From contig JAMWCW010000002.1 of the NCBI GenBank assembly GCA_023819145.1, positions 139,231-203,230 on the forward strand: DNA of 64,000 bases, read 5' to 3'. The number at the start of each line of letters is the position of its first letter. Position 1 is the stretch's first letter. The position numbers were made by a program, and so were the translations under genes. The notes under the pieces are model-generated. The model made no database searches and was not told where the DNA came from. It saw only the letters and a program-made list of their open reading frames with translations. Source of the DNA: Candidatus Omnitrophota bacterium. GTDB taxonomy: Bacteria > Omnitrophota > Gorgyraeia > DTHP01. Below are positions 28,188 through 39,245 of this stretch, in pieces.

Positions 28188-29179
28188 TTCTCCTCTTTCT
28201 TAGAAGATTTCTTATTCTTGTCCCCACCCATTCCCAGGGAAAGTCCCATCCCTTTAAGTATACCCTGAATCTCCGCTAAAGATTTCTTTCCAAAGTTACG
28301 ATACCTTAACAGGTCTTGTTCTGTGCACTTCACCAAATCGCCTATCGTCTTAATATTTGCTTCCTTAAGACAATTCTCACTCCTTACCGAAAGTTCAAGC
28401 TCGCTTATGGGCGTATTAAGCTTATCTGACAATTCCGTCTCTGCCTCTTCTTCCTCATGAATTTCTTCTTCAGGCAATTCTCCGAAATTGACAAATATAT
28501 CCAAATGTCTCTGAAGAATATTAGCTGCATAAAGCAGAGCATCTTTTGGAGTCATAGAACCATTAGTCCATATCTCCAGAATCAATTTGTCATAATCCGT
28601 CATCTGCCCCACGCGTGTATTCTCTACTTCAAAATTCACTTTTCTCACCGGGCTAAATATGGCATCAATAGGTATTATCCCAATGGGCTGTTCTTCTTTT
28701 TTATTTCTCTCCGCAGGAACATATCCTCTACCCCTTGATACTTCCATCTCTACAAAAAATTTAGTATCCTTGGTTAGGGTGGCGATATATAAATCGCGAT
28801 TAATAATTTCTGCTGTTTCATCAGTAACAATATCTTTAGCAGTGACTTCACCTTTCTTTTCCCGCTTTAGAGTAATGGTGTGGGGGGTTCGAGTATTTGT
28901 TTTGACTACCAAATTCTTTATATTAAGAAGAATTTGGGGAACATCTTCCAAAACACCGGGAATGGTAGAAAACTCATGCAATACTCCCTCTATCTTGACA
29001 TTGGTAACCGCTGCTCCTTCGATGGAGGAAAGTAAAACTCTACGTAAAGAATTACCAATAGTCACTCCATAACCCTTCTCAAAAGGTTCAGCAATAAATT
29101 TTCCATAGAAATCGGTATATGTTTTCTCATCAAATACCAGTTTCTTGGGCATCTCAAAATCACGCCATTTAATCCCCAT
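28184..29179 (-). CDS. rpoA: DNA-directed RNA polymerase alpha subunit
   Basis: ATG at 29179 (MGIKWRDFEMPKK...) is preceded by GGAGG. The track ORF started at an upstream TTG. NTD and alpha-CTD are present. Confidence 0.9.
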   Translation of the reverse strand: MGIKWRDFEMPKKLVFDEKTYTDFYGKFIAEPFEKGYGVTIGNSLRRVLLSSIEGAAVTNVKIEGVLHEFSTIPGVLEDVPQILLNIKNLVVKTNTRTPHTITLKREKKGEVTAKDIVTDETAEIINRDLYIATLTKDTKFFVEMEVSRGRGYVPAERNKKEEQPIGIIPIDAIFSPVRKVNFEVENTRVGQMTDYDKLILEIWTNGSMTPKDALLYAANILQRHLDIFVNFGELPEEEIHEEEEAETELSDKLNTPISELELSVRSENCLKEANIKTIGDLVKCTEQDLLRYRNFGKKSLAEIQGILKGMGLSLGMGGDKNKKSSKKEEK

Positions 29180-29223
29180 ATTTCTACCCTCCTTCAAGGG
29201 TTAATTGTATTACTAAATAATAT

Positions 29224-29850
29224 TTACTTAGAATATAACTCTACAATCAGCGCTTCTTTGACAGGAAGCACAATATCGCTCCGCAGAGGTAAACGTAATA
29301 CTTTTGCTTCTAATTTATCTGCTGATAATTCTAACCACTGTGGTATAGCCCTTTCTTTCGATATTTCAAGATTCTGTTTTATAGAATTAACAAAAGATTC
29401 TTTACCAACTAAATTTATCACATCGTTCGGTTTAACCATGTATGAAGGAATATCTACTTTGTGACCATTAACCCGCACATGTCCGTGTTTAACTATTTGT
29501 CTCGCCTGTGGTCTTGCAACTGCAAAACCTAAATTATAAATAACACTATCTAATCTCCTCTCCAAGAACTGTAAGAGAATTTCACCTGTCACTCCTTTTG
29601 CCCGTGAAGCCTTACGAAAATAACTCTTGAATTGTCTCTCTAATATGCCATACATCCGTTTAACTTTCTGTTTCTCTCTGAGTTGGAGAGCGTATTCACT
29701 AAGTTTCGGCTTAGTTTTTCCGTGCTGACCAGGGATATAGGGGCGACGAGAAATGCTGCATTTATCGCTCATACAACGTTCACCTTTGAGAAATAACTTT
29801 ATCCCTTCTCTGCGACACAATCTACATGCTGGTCCTTTATATTTTGCCAT
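29224..29850 (-). CDS. rpsD: 30S ribosomal protein S4
   Basis: 208 aa, MAKYKGPACRLCRREG... canonical S4 N-terminus. Confidence 0.95.
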   Translation of the reverse strand: MAKYKGPACRLCRREGIKLFLKGERCMSDKCSISRRPYIPGQHGKTKPKLSEYALQLREKQKVKRMYGILERQFKSYFRKASRAKGVTGEILLQFLERRLDSVIYNLGFAVARPQARQIVKHGHVRVNGHKVDIPSYMVKPNDVINLVGKESFVNSIKQNLEISKERAIPQWLELSADKLEAKVLRLPLRSDIVLPVKEALIVELYSK

Positions 29851-29900
29851 TATCCCTCCTCTAAATCGGGAATTTACAGTTTGCTGCTAATTTGTTTAAA

Positions 29901-30290
29901 CTATACTCTCCTTCGTTTGGGTGGTCGACACCCATTATGGGGAATAGGGGTTACATCTTTTATAGAATTTATCTTTAATCCCGAAGCCTGTAATGCTCTT
30001 ATAGCAGTTTCTCTTCCCGAACCGGGACCCTTTACTAAAACATCTATCTCTTTTACCCCATACTCCAAAGCCTTTTTTGCTACATCGGTAGCGGCTATCT
30101 GTGCAGCAAATGGTGTAGATTTACGCGAACCCTTAAAACCAACAGAACCTGCACTTGACCAAGAAACAACCTGACCTCTGGCATCAGTTATCGTAATAAT
30201 AGTATTATTAAAAGTTGCCTGAATATGGGCTATTCCTTTACTTACTGTGCGGATAATCTTCTTTTTCTTCGTTCGTTTTGTCTTAGCCAT
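29901..30290 (-). CDS. rpsK: 30S ribosomal protein S11
   Basis: 129 aa, ...[18 protein letters not shown]... Confidence 0.95.
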   Translation of the reverse strand: MAKTKRTKKKKIIRTVSKGIAHIQATFNNTIITITDARGQVVSWSSAGSVGFKGSRKSTPFAAQIAATDVAKKALEYGVKEIDVLVKGPGSGRETAIRALQASGLKINSIKDVTPIPHNGCRPPKRRRV

Positions 30291-30692
30291 TTATTTCACC
30301 TCTTTTGTTACGGGTGTTACGGTCTTTTTCTTACGCATACCCACCCCTTTACTAGGGCCTTTTCTGGTGCGAGCATTGGTACGCGTCCTCTGCCCCCTTA
30401 CCGGTAATCCTTTGCGATGACGCAAGCCTCGATAGCAACCTATTTCCATCAGGTGTTTTATATTTTGGGAAATTTCTCTTCTCAAATCTCCTTCAACTTT
30501 ATAATTCTTCTGGATTATATTAGTGATCTTGGAAATCTGTTCGTCGCTTAAATCCTTAGCACGAATATTAGGGTTAATCTGGGCCTCTTTTAATATGCGC
30601 TTAGCTAAAGACCTCCCAATACCATAAAGGTAGGCTAAAGCTATCTCTATCTTTTTTTCTTTGGGTATATCTAATCCTAAAATCCTTGGCAT
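30291..30692 (-). CDS. rpsM: 30S ribosomal protein S13
   Basis: 133 aa, [26 protein letters not shown]... Confidence 0.95.
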   Translation of the reverse strand: MPRILGLDIPKEKKIEIALAYLYGIGRSLAKRILKEAQINPNIRAKDLSDEQISKITNIIQKNYKVEGDLRREISQNIKHLMEIGCYRGLRHRKGLPVRGQRTRTNARTRKGPSKGVGMRKKKTVTPVTKEVK

Positions 30693-30741
30693 TTTTCCCT
30701 CACTTTTCCTATTTAATCATTTAACTATTTTAAGAAACTAA

Positions 30742-30855
30742 TTACCCCTGTTTCTGTTTATGTTTAGGATTAGCACAAATAACTCTAACTACTCCCTTTC
30801 TTCTTACAATCTTACATCTTGGACAAATTTTCTTTACTGAAGGCCTTACTTTCAT
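30742..30855 (-). CDS. rpmJ: 50S ribosomal protein L36 (zinc-binding form)
   Basis: Hand translation of the minus strand: [37 protein letters not shown] (37 aa, C-C-C-H). Not in the ORF track (<60 aa). Confidence 0.9.
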   Translation of the reverse strand: MKVRPSVKKICPRCKIVRRKGVVRVICANPKHKQKQG

Positions 30856-30925
30856 TTCATTATGATTTGTTTTAATCCTATCCTTATACCACTTAAATTT
30901 TTTAGATTATTTACAATACTTAGAT

Positions 30926-31144
30926 TTATTTTTTCCTATAAATAATCCTTCCCCGCGTTAAATCATAGGGCGAAAGTTCCAAAACAACTGTATCGCCGGG
31001 AAGAATCTTTATATAATTCATCCGCATTTTCCCACACACATGCGCCAATACAAGGTGACCACCTTCTATCTCTACTTTAAACATCGCATTGGGTAATGTC
31101 TCTCTTATTATTCCATCAATTTTTATGGGCTCCTCTTTAGCCAT
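30926..31144 (-). CDS. infA: translation initiation factor IF-1
   Basis: 72 aa, [51 protein letters not shown]... Confidence 0.95.
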   Translation of the reverse strand: MAKEEPIKIDGIIRETLPNAMFKVEIEGGHLVLAHVCGKMRMNYIKILPGDTVVLELSPYDLTRGRIIYRKK

Positions 31145-31148
31145 ATAT

Positions 31149-31907
31149 TTAGGATAGATGATGAGAAGTCAGAATAATTGGTTCCCTATCATCTATACAA
31201 ATAGTGTGTTCAAAATGGGCGGTTAACTTTCTATCCTTGCTCACCACTGTCCATCCATCAGACAATATCTCTACTTCCGGCCTACCCAAATTAACCATCG
31301 GTTCTATAGCAATGGTCATCCCTTTCTTTAAGATTGGACCATACCCAGGCTCACCAAAATTAGGAATTTCGGGTTCTTCGTGCATTCCACTCCCAATCCC
31401 GTGTCCCACAAATTCCCTCACCACGCTAAAACCATGTTCCTCTACATACTGCTGGATAGCATGTGAAACATCTCCGAGATGCACCTCGGATTTGGCTAAT
31501 CTTATACCTGTATAGAGCGCATTCCGCGTGGTTTCTATAAGCTTAGCTGCTTCTACACTGATTTTACCCAAACCTATAGTAACCGCCGCGTCTGCAAAAA
31601 AACCATTATATTTTACCCCTACGTCTAAACTCAGGATATCTCCCTCTCTTAAAACTTTTTCTCTCCTCGGTATACCATGGATAAGTTCTTCGTTTACCGA
31701 AGTGCATATCACTCCTGGAAAACCACGGTAGTTCTTGAATGCAGAAATAGCTCCGAATTGTTCAAAAATTTCTTCTGCTCTTTCTCCCAGTTCATATGTA
31801 GAAATTCCTTCTTTTACCATGGAAGCCAATTCCTCAATTACCCGAGCGACAATTCTTCCCGCTTCACGCATGAGGCTCAGTTCTTTCAGTGACTTTATGG
31901 AAATCAT
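31149..31907 (-). CDS. map: type I methionine aminopeptidase
   Basis: 252 aa, MetAP metal ligands (...HGIP...D...D...H...E...E). Confidence 0.9.
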   Translation of the reverse strand: MISIKSLKELSLMREAGRIVARVIEELASMVKEGISTYELGERAEEIFEQFGAISAFKNYRGFPGVICTSVNEELIHGIPRREKVLREGDILSLDVGVKYNGFFADAAVTIGLGKISVEAAKLIETTRNALYTGIRLAKSEVHLGDVSHAIQQYVEEHGFSVVREFVGHGIGSGMHEEPEIPNFGEPGYGPILKKGMTIAIEPMVNLGRPEVEILSDGWTVVSKDRKLTAHFEHTICIDDREPIILTSHHLS

Positions 31908-32571
31908 TATTTTTTATGCTAAACCCTTCTTTCTCAAAAAGAAGACGGAGGTCCTTATACACCTCTTGTGCGTCCTTGTTAGCATCTATTGTATGCAAAA
32001 TCTTTTTTGATTTATAGAAATCTATTAATTCCGCAGTCTGTTTCAAATATACATCTATCCTGCGACGCACGGTTTCTTCCCGGTCATCTTCTCTCTGATA
32101 TAATTTGCCACCGCATCCATCGCAAACACCTTCTTTTTTGGGAGGCATATTCTTTATATGGTAGTTCATACCACAATTTGAACAAACAAGCCTTCCTGAT
32201 AACCGTTCAATTATCTTACTCGTAGAGGTAGAGAAATATAAAACCAAGTTAATCTTTTTATCTAATCTTTCCAACAGCACATCAAGTTGCTCAGCTTGTT
32301 TTATTGTCCGTGGGAAACCATCCAAGATAAAACCATTCTTTGTATCTGGATATGCTAAACGGTTATACATGATTTCGACGATGATATCATCTGGCACAAG
32401 TTCACCTGTTTCCACAATCTTTCTCACCCGCCTACCTAAGTCAGAATCTTCTTTTAAAACCTGTCTCAAAATGTCTCCGGTAGAAATATGAGGAATCCCT
32501 AATTTATTCTTAAGCAAATCTGCCTGTGTACCTTTTCCTGCCCCCGGTGGCCCTAGTAATATTAACCTCAT
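31864..32571 (-). CDS. adk: adenylate kinase (zinc-lid form)
   Basis: 235 aa. MRLILLGPPGAGKGTQ P-loop. LID with CSNCG...CDGCGG. Confidence 0.95.
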   Translation of the reverse strand: MRLILLGPPGAGKGTQADLLKNKLGIPHISTGDILRQVLKEDSDLGRRVRKIVETGELVPDDIIVEIMYNRLAYPDTKNGFILDGFPRTIKQAEQLDVLLERLDKKINLVLYFSTSTSKIIERLSGRLVCSNCGMNYHIKNMPPKKEGVCDGCGGKLYQREDDREETVRRRIDVYLKQTAELIDFYKSKKILHTIDANKDAQEVYKDLRLLFEKEGFSIKNNDFHKVTERTEPHA

Positions 32572-33915
32572 CTATCGTCTTCCGCGTATTTTACCCTTCT
32601 TCATAAAACCTTCGTAATGACGCATAAGAAGGTGTGATTCAATCTGACGCATCGTATCTAATATCACACCTACAACAATCAATAGAGCAGTCCCTCCAAA
32701 AAAACTGGCAATTAAATAAGGCACCTTAAGCCAGGCACCAATAAGGTCTGGAAAAACTGCAATACCTGCTAAAAATATTGCCCCTGCCAAAGTAACACGC
32801 GTCATTATAAAATCCAAATAATCAGAAGTACTTTTCCCCGGTCTTACTCCAGGGATAAAACCACCAAACCTCTGCATATTCTCCGATATCTCTATAGGAT
32901 TAAAGGTTACTGCTGTATAAAAATAACTAAAGAAAATTATCAATAGAGTATAAAGAATAGTATATAACCAATGTCCACGCAAAAGTTGTGCGGCTAATGC
33001 CTGAAATTTTGGATTAGGGATAAACCCTGCTAAGGTCGCAGGGAAAAGGATTATTGATTGAGCAAAAATGATAGGGATAACTCCTGCCTGGTTTATTCTT
33101 AAAGGCAAATAAGTACTTTGCCCTCCATACATACGATGACCAATAATCCTCTTTGCATATTGGACGGGTATTTTTCTCTGTGCCTGAGTAATTACAATAA
33201 CCGCTACAGTTACTGCAATCAACATCACTGCCATTATAACCAATACAATCGGTTGGAGCTGTCTTCTCGTTGGTGAAAATGGTGAAAGGAGAAGAAAAAG
33301 TTGATATACGGCGGTAGGAATACGCGAAGTTATACCAACGGTAATAATCAAAGAAATGCCGTTACCTATCCCACGGTCGCTAATCTGCTCTCCTAACCAC
33401 ATAAGGAATATAGTTCCGGTAGTCAAAGTTATTAAAGTAAGAAAACGAAAACCCCAACCAGGATGAGGAACAATCTGCATACCTTGAAAATGCGCGGGGT
33501 TTTCTAACCACAAACTTATAAAAAAAGATTGGATTATACCCAAAAGCACCGTCCCATAGCGTGTATATTGGACAATCTTTTTTCTACCCATTTCTTCTTT
33601 TGCTAATTTCTCAAAATAAGGAATTACTGCTGTAAGCAACTGTAAGATAATGGAAGCAGAGATATTAGGCATAATGCCTAAAGCAAAAATGGTTAAACGT
33701 TCCATGGCACCGCCGCTAAACATATTCATAATCCCGAAAAGAGTTCCACCTTGCGTCTGTCTAATTTTCTCAAAAAATTCTGCCAACGCTTTGCCATCTA
33801 TTCCCGGTGTTGGAATATAGCATCCGATGCGATAAACTACCAGCGCTCCTAAAGTAAATAAAATACGCTTTCTCAAATCTGATATCTTTAATGCATTAAC
33901 AAACGCTTCTAACAT
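32572..33915 (-). CDS. secY: preprotein translocase subunit SecY
   Basis: 447 aa, 10-TM SecY profile, follows rplO in the spc operon. Confidence 0.95.
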   Translation of the reverse strand: MLEAFVNALKISDLRKRILFTLGALVVYRIGCYIPTPGIDGKALAEFFEKIRQTQGGTLFGIMNMFSGGAMERLTIFALGIMPNISASIILQLLTAVIPYFEKLAKEEMGRKKIVQYTRYGTVLLGIIQSFFISLWLENPAHFQGMQIVPHPGWGFRFLTLITLTTGTIFLMWLGEQISDRGIGNGISLIITVGITSRIPTAVYQLFLLLSPFSPTRRQLQPIVLVIMAVMLIAVTVAVIVITQAQRKIPVQYAKRIIGHRMYGGQSTYLPLRINQAGVIPIIFAQSIILFPATLAGFIPNPKFQALAAQLLRGHWLYTILYTLLIIFFSYFYTAVTFNPIEISENMQRFGGFIPGVRPGKSTSDYLDFIMTRVTLAGAIFLAGIAVFPDLIGAWLKVPYLIASFFGGTALLIVVGVILDTMRQIESHLLMRHYEGFMKKGKIRGRR

Positions 33916-33926
33916 ATTATCCTAAC

Positions 33927-34373
33927 CTATAAATTTATAAGTTCAAAACTTGCACCTATCTTTTTTATCTTTTCTAAAGCCTGACGGCTGAACCGATGGG
34001 CATGAATGACCAATGGTTTTTCCAAATCCCCTTTCCCTAAAATTTTTACCGGCAAACTGAGCTTGTTGATGAGACATCTTTCTTTCAGAACTTCGGGAGT
34101 TATTACCTCATCTTTGCTAAACTTTTTGTTTAGGTCCCCAAGGTTTACTACTTGGAAAATCTTGGAAAATTTATTCACAAACCCCCGCTTGGGAATTCTT
34201 CTTATAAGGGGCATTTGTCCTCCTTCGAACCCTGGACGAAGTTCAAAACCTGTCCTCGCCTTCTGTCCTTTATGCCCTCTTCCCGAAGTCTTGCCGTGAC
34301 CAGAACCCGGACCTCTGCCAACACGCTTTTTACTTTTTCTACTCATCCGAGGTCTTATCTCATGCAGTTTCAT
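33927..34373 (-). CDS. rplO: 50S ribosomal protein L15
   Basis: 148 aa, ...[24 protein letters not shown]... Confidence 0.95.
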   Translation of the reverse strand: MKLHEIRPRMSRKSKKRVGRGPGSGHGKTSGRGHKGQKARTGFELRPGFEGGQMPLIRRIPKRGFVNKFSKIFQVVNLGDLNKKFSKDEVITPEVLKERCLINKLSLPVKILGKGDLEKPLVIHAHRFSRQALEKIKKIGASFELINL

Positions 34374-34867
34374 TTTTCTCCTTGGTTTTCTTGCTGATAA
34401 GGTTTTAACTTTTTCAAAGCAATAACTGTCGCTTTAGCAATATTCATAGCATTCTCTGAACCTAAAGATTTGGCCAGTATATTCCTAATCCCCGCCAATT
34501 CACAGATGGGCCTCACAGAACTCCCGGCAATCACACCAGTTCCTGGACCTGCAGGCTTAAGAACAACATCTGCAGCTCCAAAATGTCCATAAACCTCGTG
34601 GGAGATAGTCTCTCCTTTAAGGTTAACCGTAAAAATATTCTTATGTGCATTATTTATTGATTTGCGAATAGCATCCGCAACTTCATTTGCCTTACCAAAA
34701 CCAACCCCTATTTTCCCCTTGCCATTACCTACCACCACTAAGGCATTGAAGGAAAGTTTTTTACCCCCTTTATGAACTTTTGACACCCGATTTATTTTAA
34801 CTACTCTTTCCTGAAACTCTGTCTCTGGAACATCTATCTTTTTATCAAGCATCTCTTTTTCATTCAT
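34370..34867 (-). CDS. rpsE: 30S ribosomal protein S5
   Basis: 165 aa. Overlaps the rplO start by 4 nt, so no rpmD (L30) can sit between them. Confidence 0.95.
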   Translation of the reverse strand: MNEKEMLDKKIDVPETEFQERVVKINRVSKVHKGGKKLSFNALVVVGNGKGKIGVGFGKANEVADAIRKSINNAHKNIFTVNLKGETISHEVYGHFGAADVVLKPAGPGTGVIAGSSVRPICELAGIRNILAKSLGSENAMNIAKATVIALKKLKPYQQENQGEK

Positions 34868-34869
34868 AG

Positions 34870-35229
34870 CTAGAACTCAATACCTCCTTTTCTAACTGCT
34901 TCGGCAAATATTTTTACTATACCGTGATAGAGATATCCTCCTCTATCAAAAACTACCTTATTAACTCCTTTCTCTTTCGCTTTATCCGCTAATACACTTC
35001 CCAAAATCTCTGCGCCCTTTATATTACCTAACCTATCGGCACGTAAACGCAATTCTTTATTCAAGGTGGAAATCCCCAAAATAACTTTTCCATTAATGTC
35101 ATCTATCAATTGAGCAATAAGATTTTTATGGGTTCGATGAATTACCAAACGCGGTCTTTCCGGAGTTCCAAATATCTTTTTGCGTATTCTCTTATGCCTT
35201 CTTTGTCTTCCTAATTCCTTTTTATCCAT
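34870..35229 (-). CDS. rplR: 50S ribosomal protein L18
   Basis: ATG at 35229 ([18 protein letters not shown]...). The track ORF started at an upstream TTG. Confidence 0.9.
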   Translation of the reverse strand: MDKKELGRQRRHKRIRKKIFGTPERPRLVIHRTHKNLIAQLIDDINGKVILGISTLNKELRLRADRLGNIKGAEILGSVLADKAKEKGVNKVVFDRGGYLYHGIVKIFAEAVRKGGIEF

Positions 35230-35247
35230 TTTGCACAAAATTTTTTC

Positions 35248-35787
35248 TTAGGCAACCGCCTTACCTGCCTTCTTCCTCACATATTCACCTGCATACCTTA
35301 TCCCTTTTCCCTTGTAAGGTTCGGGTTTTAAAACAGCTCTTATTTCCGCAGCCACCTCACCTACTTTTTGTTTATCAATGCCTTTTATGATTATCTGCGT
35401 AGGTTTGGGAGTTTCAACTACTATGCCTTCGGGAATGGGAAAATTAACTGGATGAGAAAAACCTAAATTTAACACCAGATTCTTTCCCGCAACTTGAGCG
35501 CGATATCCTACTCCTACAATCTCCAATTCTTTAATAAATCCTTCTCTTATACCTTTTATAATATTAGCCAATTCTGCCCTAGCCAGACCATGAAAAGCTC
35601 GATACTCTTTATCGTCACCTAAACGTGTAATAAATAATTTGCTCTCCTTAAGAACTGCTTTTATACCCGGAGGAAGAATATAACTTTTCTTTCCTTTAGA
35701 GCCTTCTATCTCAACTGCTCCTTCCTTTAAACTGACTTTTATGTCATTGGGAATTAATATGGGACGTTTTCCTAATTTAGACATCAC
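35248..35787 (-). CDS. rplF: 50S ribosomal protein L6
   Basis: 179 aa, MSKLGKRPILIPNDIKVSLKEGAVEIEG... Confidence 0.95.
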   Translation of the reverse strand: MMSKLGKRPILIPNDIKVSLKEGAVEIEGSKGKKSYILPPGIKAVLKESKLFITRLGDDKEYRAFHGLARAELANIIKGIREGFIKELEIVGVGYRAQVAGKNLVLNLGFSHPVNFPIPEGIVVETPKPTQIIIKGIDKQKVGEVAAEIRAVLKPEPYKGKGIRYAGEYVRKKAGKAVA

Positions 35788-35800
35788 TCACCTCTTTACC

Positions 35801-36196
35801 TCACCACACTTTGCAGATATACTCCCCTCCCAATTTCAACTTTTTTGCTTCACGGTCAGTAATTATACCGCGGGAAGTAGAAATTATAGCCATGCCGAAA
35901 CCACCAAGAACTTTCATATTATCGTCTTTTCTTACATAAACTCGCCTTCCGGGTTTGGAAACTTGCTGAATATTATTAAGGACACATTTCTTATCTGGTC
36001 CATATTTTAGATAGATACGAATGATACCCTGTTTTTTATCATCTATCTCACGGAAATCATTGATATAACCTTCTTTCTTGAGAATCTTAACAATCTCGAG
36101 AATAAGCTTAGATTTCCGTACATCCAAATTTTCCTTTCTTTCCTTTATAGCATTCCTTATGGTAGTAAAAACTTGAGACCTTAAGTCTATGGACAT
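35801..36196 (-). CDS. rpsH: 30S ribosomal protein S8
   Basis: ATG at 36196 gives MSIDLRSQVFTTIRNA... (canonical S8 N-terminus). The track ORF extends upstream into rpsZ. Confidence 0.9.
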   Translation of the reverse strand: MSIDLRSQVFTTIRNAIKERKENLDVRKSKLILEIVKILKKEGYINDFREIDDKKQGIIRIYLKYGPDKKCVLNNIQQVSKPGRRVYVRKDDNMKVLGGFGMAIISTSRGIITDREAKKLKLGGEYICKVW

Positions 36197-36212
36197 TTTT
36201 ACTCCTTCTTTT

Positions 36213-36398
36213 TTACCAACTTGCCTTCTTGACGCCGGGAATTTCTCCACGTGAAGCCATCTCACGAAAACATATTCTGCAAATACCAAAATCTCTCAAA
36301 TATCCTCTCACCCTACCACAGAGTTGGCAACGATTATACCTTCTTACTCTAAAACGTGGAGTCCTTCTCTGTTTGATAATAAGCGCTTTCCTTGCCAT
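36213..36398 (-). CDS. rpsZ: 30S ribosomal protein S14 type Z (zinc-binding)
   Basis: 61 aa, ...[24 protein letters not shown]... (C4). Confidence 0.95.
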   Translation of the reverse strand: MARKALIIKQRRTPRFRVRRYNRCQLCGRVRGYLRDFGICRICFREMASRGEIPGVKKASW

Positions 36399-36405
36399 AA
36401 ATTAA

Positions 36406-36954
36406 TTATTCTGCCTCCTTGAAAGGCATTCCTAATAATTTTAATAAAACAAAACTTTCTTTTTTATTCTTTGCTTTTATCGCAATGGTAATATCCATTC
36501 CTAATACATGCTGAATTTTGTCATATTCTATCTCAGGAAAAACAGTATATTCAGTAAGACCAATATTGTAGTTACCGTGTTCATCAAAAGCATCAGGAGA
36601 TACCCCACGAAAATCACGAATTCGCGGTAAAGCCACATTGATAAAACGGTCTAAGAATTCGTACATCTTGTATTTTCTCAAAGTTACTTTACAACCTACA
36701 GGATCGCCTTTTTTTATCTTAAAGTTAGAAATAGATTTTCTCGCACGGGTAATAATTGGCTTCTGTCCGCTAATTAATCCCAAGGAATGCATGGCTTCTT
36801 CAAGCACTTTTATGTCATGAGCTCCCTCTCCTACTCCCATATTGATAACCACTTTCTCTAAACGCGGAGCATTAAGTTTATTTTTATAGCCTAAATCCCG
36901 CATCAAGAGAGGCACTATTTCCTTGCGATATTTCTCTAAAAGTCTAGGAATCAT
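36406..36954 (-). CDS. rplE: 50S ribosomal protein L5
   Basis: 182 aa, canonical L5. Confidence 0.95.
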   Translation of the reverse strand: MIPRLLEKYRKEIVPLLMRDLGYKNKLNAPRLEKVVINMGVGEGAHDIKVLEEAMHSLGLISGQKPIITRARKSISNFKIKKGDPVGCKVTLRKYKMYEFLDRFINVALPRIRDFRGVSPDAFDEHGNYNIGLTEYTVFPEIEYDKIQHVLGMDITIAIKAKNKKESFVLLKLLGMPFKEAE

Positions 36955-37006
36955 TAATTTCTCCTATTATTTATTATTAATTTCACAATATGCAATGTTG
37001 ACTATC

Positions 37007-37318
37007 TTATAACAACTCCTTACATTTCTTACAATATCGTGCCTTCGTCCCATCCTTGAGTAAAGTAATTCCTACCCGCACCGGATGATTACAATGGTTA
37101 CAAAAGAGCATTAATTTAGAAAGCATTACTGGAGATTCTTTTTCTATAATTCCACCAGGCATCTCCTGGGATCTTCGTCGCTGATGACGTTTAATAAGAT
37201 TAATGCCCTCTACAATCGCTCTCTCTTCTTTATGTAAAACAGAGAGAACTTTACCTTTCTTACCTTTATCCTTACCCGAAATGACCACTACGGTATCGTT
37301 TTTCTTTATTCTTTCCAT
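37007..37318 (-). CDS. rplX: 50S ribosomal protein L24 (with C-terminal CxxC...CxxC)
   Basis: 103 aa, KOW motif VVISGKDKGKKGKV. C-terminus CNHCNHP...CKKCK. Confidence 0.9.
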   Translation of the reverse strand: MERIKKNDTVVVISGKDKGKKGKVLSVLHKEERAIVEGINLIKRHQRRRSQEMPGGIIEKESPVMLSKLMLFCNHCNHPVRVGITLLKDGTKARYCKKCKELL

Positions 37319-37686
37319 TATACAACCTCAGGAGCTAAAGAAATAATTTTCAGAAAATTTTTATCTCGTAACTCTCTGGCCACTGGACCGAAGACACGCG
37401 TTCCTTTGGGATTGAGATCCTTATCAATTATCACACAAGCGTTAGAATCAAATCTAACATAGGAACCATCATAACGTCTTATAGGATAAGCAGTCCTCAC
37501 AATCACCGCTTTCACTACATCACCCTTCTTAACCACTCCTTCGGGAGTGGATTCTTTCACATTACAGGTAATAATATCGCCTATATAAGCAACTTTAGTA
37601 TTACCTTTACCTAAAACTCCAATACAGGAAACTTTCTTTGCTCCGGTATTATCTGCAACTTCTAAAAGAGTGCGCAATCTTACCAT
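37318..37686 (-). CDS. rplN: 50S ribosomal protein L14
   Basis: 122 aa, ...[11 protein letters not shown]... Confidence 0.95.
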   Translation of the reverse strand: MVRLRTLLEVADNTGAKKVSCIGVLGKGNTKVAYIGDIITCNVKESTPEGVVKKGDVVKAVIVRTAYPIRRYDGSYVRFDSNACVIIDKDLNPKGTRVFGPVARELRDKNFLKIISLAPEVV

Positions 37687-37696
37687 TTTAATAAAC

Positions 37697-37939
37697 CTAT
37701 TTAATTACCCCTAATAATACCCAGCGTTTATCTTTAGAAAGAGGACGTGTTTCTATAATTCTTACGGTATCACCCTCTTTAGCAATTTTGTTCTCATCAT
37801 GTGCTTTAAATTTTGAATATTTTCTAATCACCCTTTTATATTTAGGATGAATGGTTTTTCTCTCCACTTGGACTACCACTGTCTTCTCCATCTTCGCACT
37901 AACTACCTTACCAATTAGAATTTTTTTTCTCTTCGCCAT
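37697..37939 (-). CDS. rpsQ: 30S ribosomal protein S17
   Basis: 80 aa. Confidence 0.95.
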   Translation of the reverse strand: MAKRKKILIGKVVSAKMEKTVVVQVERKTIHPKYKRVIRKYSKFKAHDENKIAKEGDTVRIIETRPLSKDKRWVLLGVIK

Positions 37940-38130
37940 TATTTTTTCTCCCGTTCACTCATGATGGTAAATATACGTGCTATATCCTTACGAATCTGTC
38001 TAATTCTGTGTGGTTTCTCCAGCTTGGCAGTATAAATTGTTTTACGCAAATTAAATAATTCTTCTTTCAAAGAAACTAATTTATCTCTCAATTCTTCTGT
38101 AGTAAGCTCTCTTATTTCTTTTGCTTTCAT
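37939..38130 (-). CDS. rpmC: 50S ribosomal protein L29
   Basis: 63 aa. Confidence 0.9.
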   Translation of the reverse strand: MKAKEIRELTTEELRDKLVSLKEELFNLRKTIYTAKLEKPHRIRQIRKDIARIFTIMSEREKK

Positions 38131-38131
38131 A

Positions 38132-38545
38132 CTAGTGCCTTCTTACCACAAACCGAGTTTTTATAGGTAACTTATGAGAAGCTAAAGCAAATGCCTCACG
38201 AGCTAAATCCTCAGGCAATCCCTCCATTTCAAATAATATTCTACCTCTTTTTACTACTGCTACCCAATGGTCAACCAACCCTTTCCCTTTTCCCATTCTT
38301 GTTTCTGCGGGTTTTTTAGTTACTGGCTTATCGGGAAAAATCCTTATCCAGAGTTTACCCCCCTTTCTTATATGGCGGGTAAGGGCAATTCTGGCTGCTT
38401 CAATCTGGTGATTGGTTATCCAAGCGTTTTCTAAAGCTTGAATACCAAATTCGCCAAAATCTACTTCCCGAGCTAAACTTGCTTTTCCTTTACGTCTTCC
38501 CCGCTGTGCCTTACGGTATTTAACCCTCTTAGGCATTAATGCCAT
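38132..38545 (-). CDS. rplP: 50S ribosomal protein L16
   Basis: 137 aa, ...[14 protein letters not shown]... Confidence 0.95.
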   Translation of the reverse strand: MALMPKRVKYRKAQRGRRKGKASLAREVDFGEFGIQALENAWITNHQIEAARIALTRHIRKGGKLWIRIFPDKPVTKKPAETRMGKGKGLVDHWVAVVKRGRILFEMEGLPEDLAREAFALASHKLPIKTRFVVRRH

Positions 38546-38569
38546 AATCGCCTCACCTAGTTATCTTCT

Positions 38570-39238
38570 TTATCCATTAACACTCTCTAACTGTTGATTT
38601 TGGTCTACTTGATTAAGAAAGTCACCTTTATATATCCATACTTTAATCCCAATATATCCATAGGTAGTAAGCGCGCCACAGTTCCCATAATCAATATCCG
38701 CACGAATCGTTTGTAGTGGAATTTTTCCCCATTTAAAAGTCTCACTACGTGCTATTTCCGCGCCTGCTAATCTTCCTCCACAGACAACCTTTATTCCTTT
38801 TGCTCCTCCTTCCACCGCTAATTGTATTGCTCTTTTAATCGCTCTTCGATAGGCCACACGTTTCTCAAGCTGAAAAGCAATGTTTTCCGCCACTAACTGT
38901 GCATCTAAAGCAGGATTTTTTATCTCCCTTAACTCTATATCCACCTGTTTATTCACCATATTTTGAAGGTCTTCCCTTAAACGGTCAATATCCGCCCCTC
39001 TTCTTCCGATAATAATTCCTGGACGAGAAGTATAAATAATCACCTTTATTCGCTCCGGAACCCTCTCAATCCCCACTTTAGAAACCTGAGCACTGGGAAA
39101 TGCTTGTTTAATATGCTTACGGATGTTGGCATCCTCAACTAAATACTTGGAAAATTCAGAACCTTTAGCAAACCAGAGAGACTGCCAATTTCGTGAGAAT
39201 CCTAAACGAAAACTATAAGGATGAACCTTCTGCCCCAT
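38570..39238 (-). CDS. rpsC: 30S ribosomal protein S3
   Basis: 222 aa, MGQKVHPYSFRLG... Confidence 0.95.
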   Translation of the reverse strand: MGQKVHPYSFRLGFSRNWQSLWFAKGSEFSKYLVEDANIRKHIKQAFPSAQVSKVGIERVPERIKVIIYTSRPGIIIGRRGADIDRLREDLQNMVNKQVDIELREIKNPALDAQLVAENIAFQLEKRVAYRRAIKRAIQLAVEGGAKGIKVVCGGRLAGAEIARSETFKWGKIPLQTIRADIDYGNCGALTTYGYIGIKVWIYKGDFLNQVDQNQQLESVNG

Positions 39239-39245
39239 ATATCCC

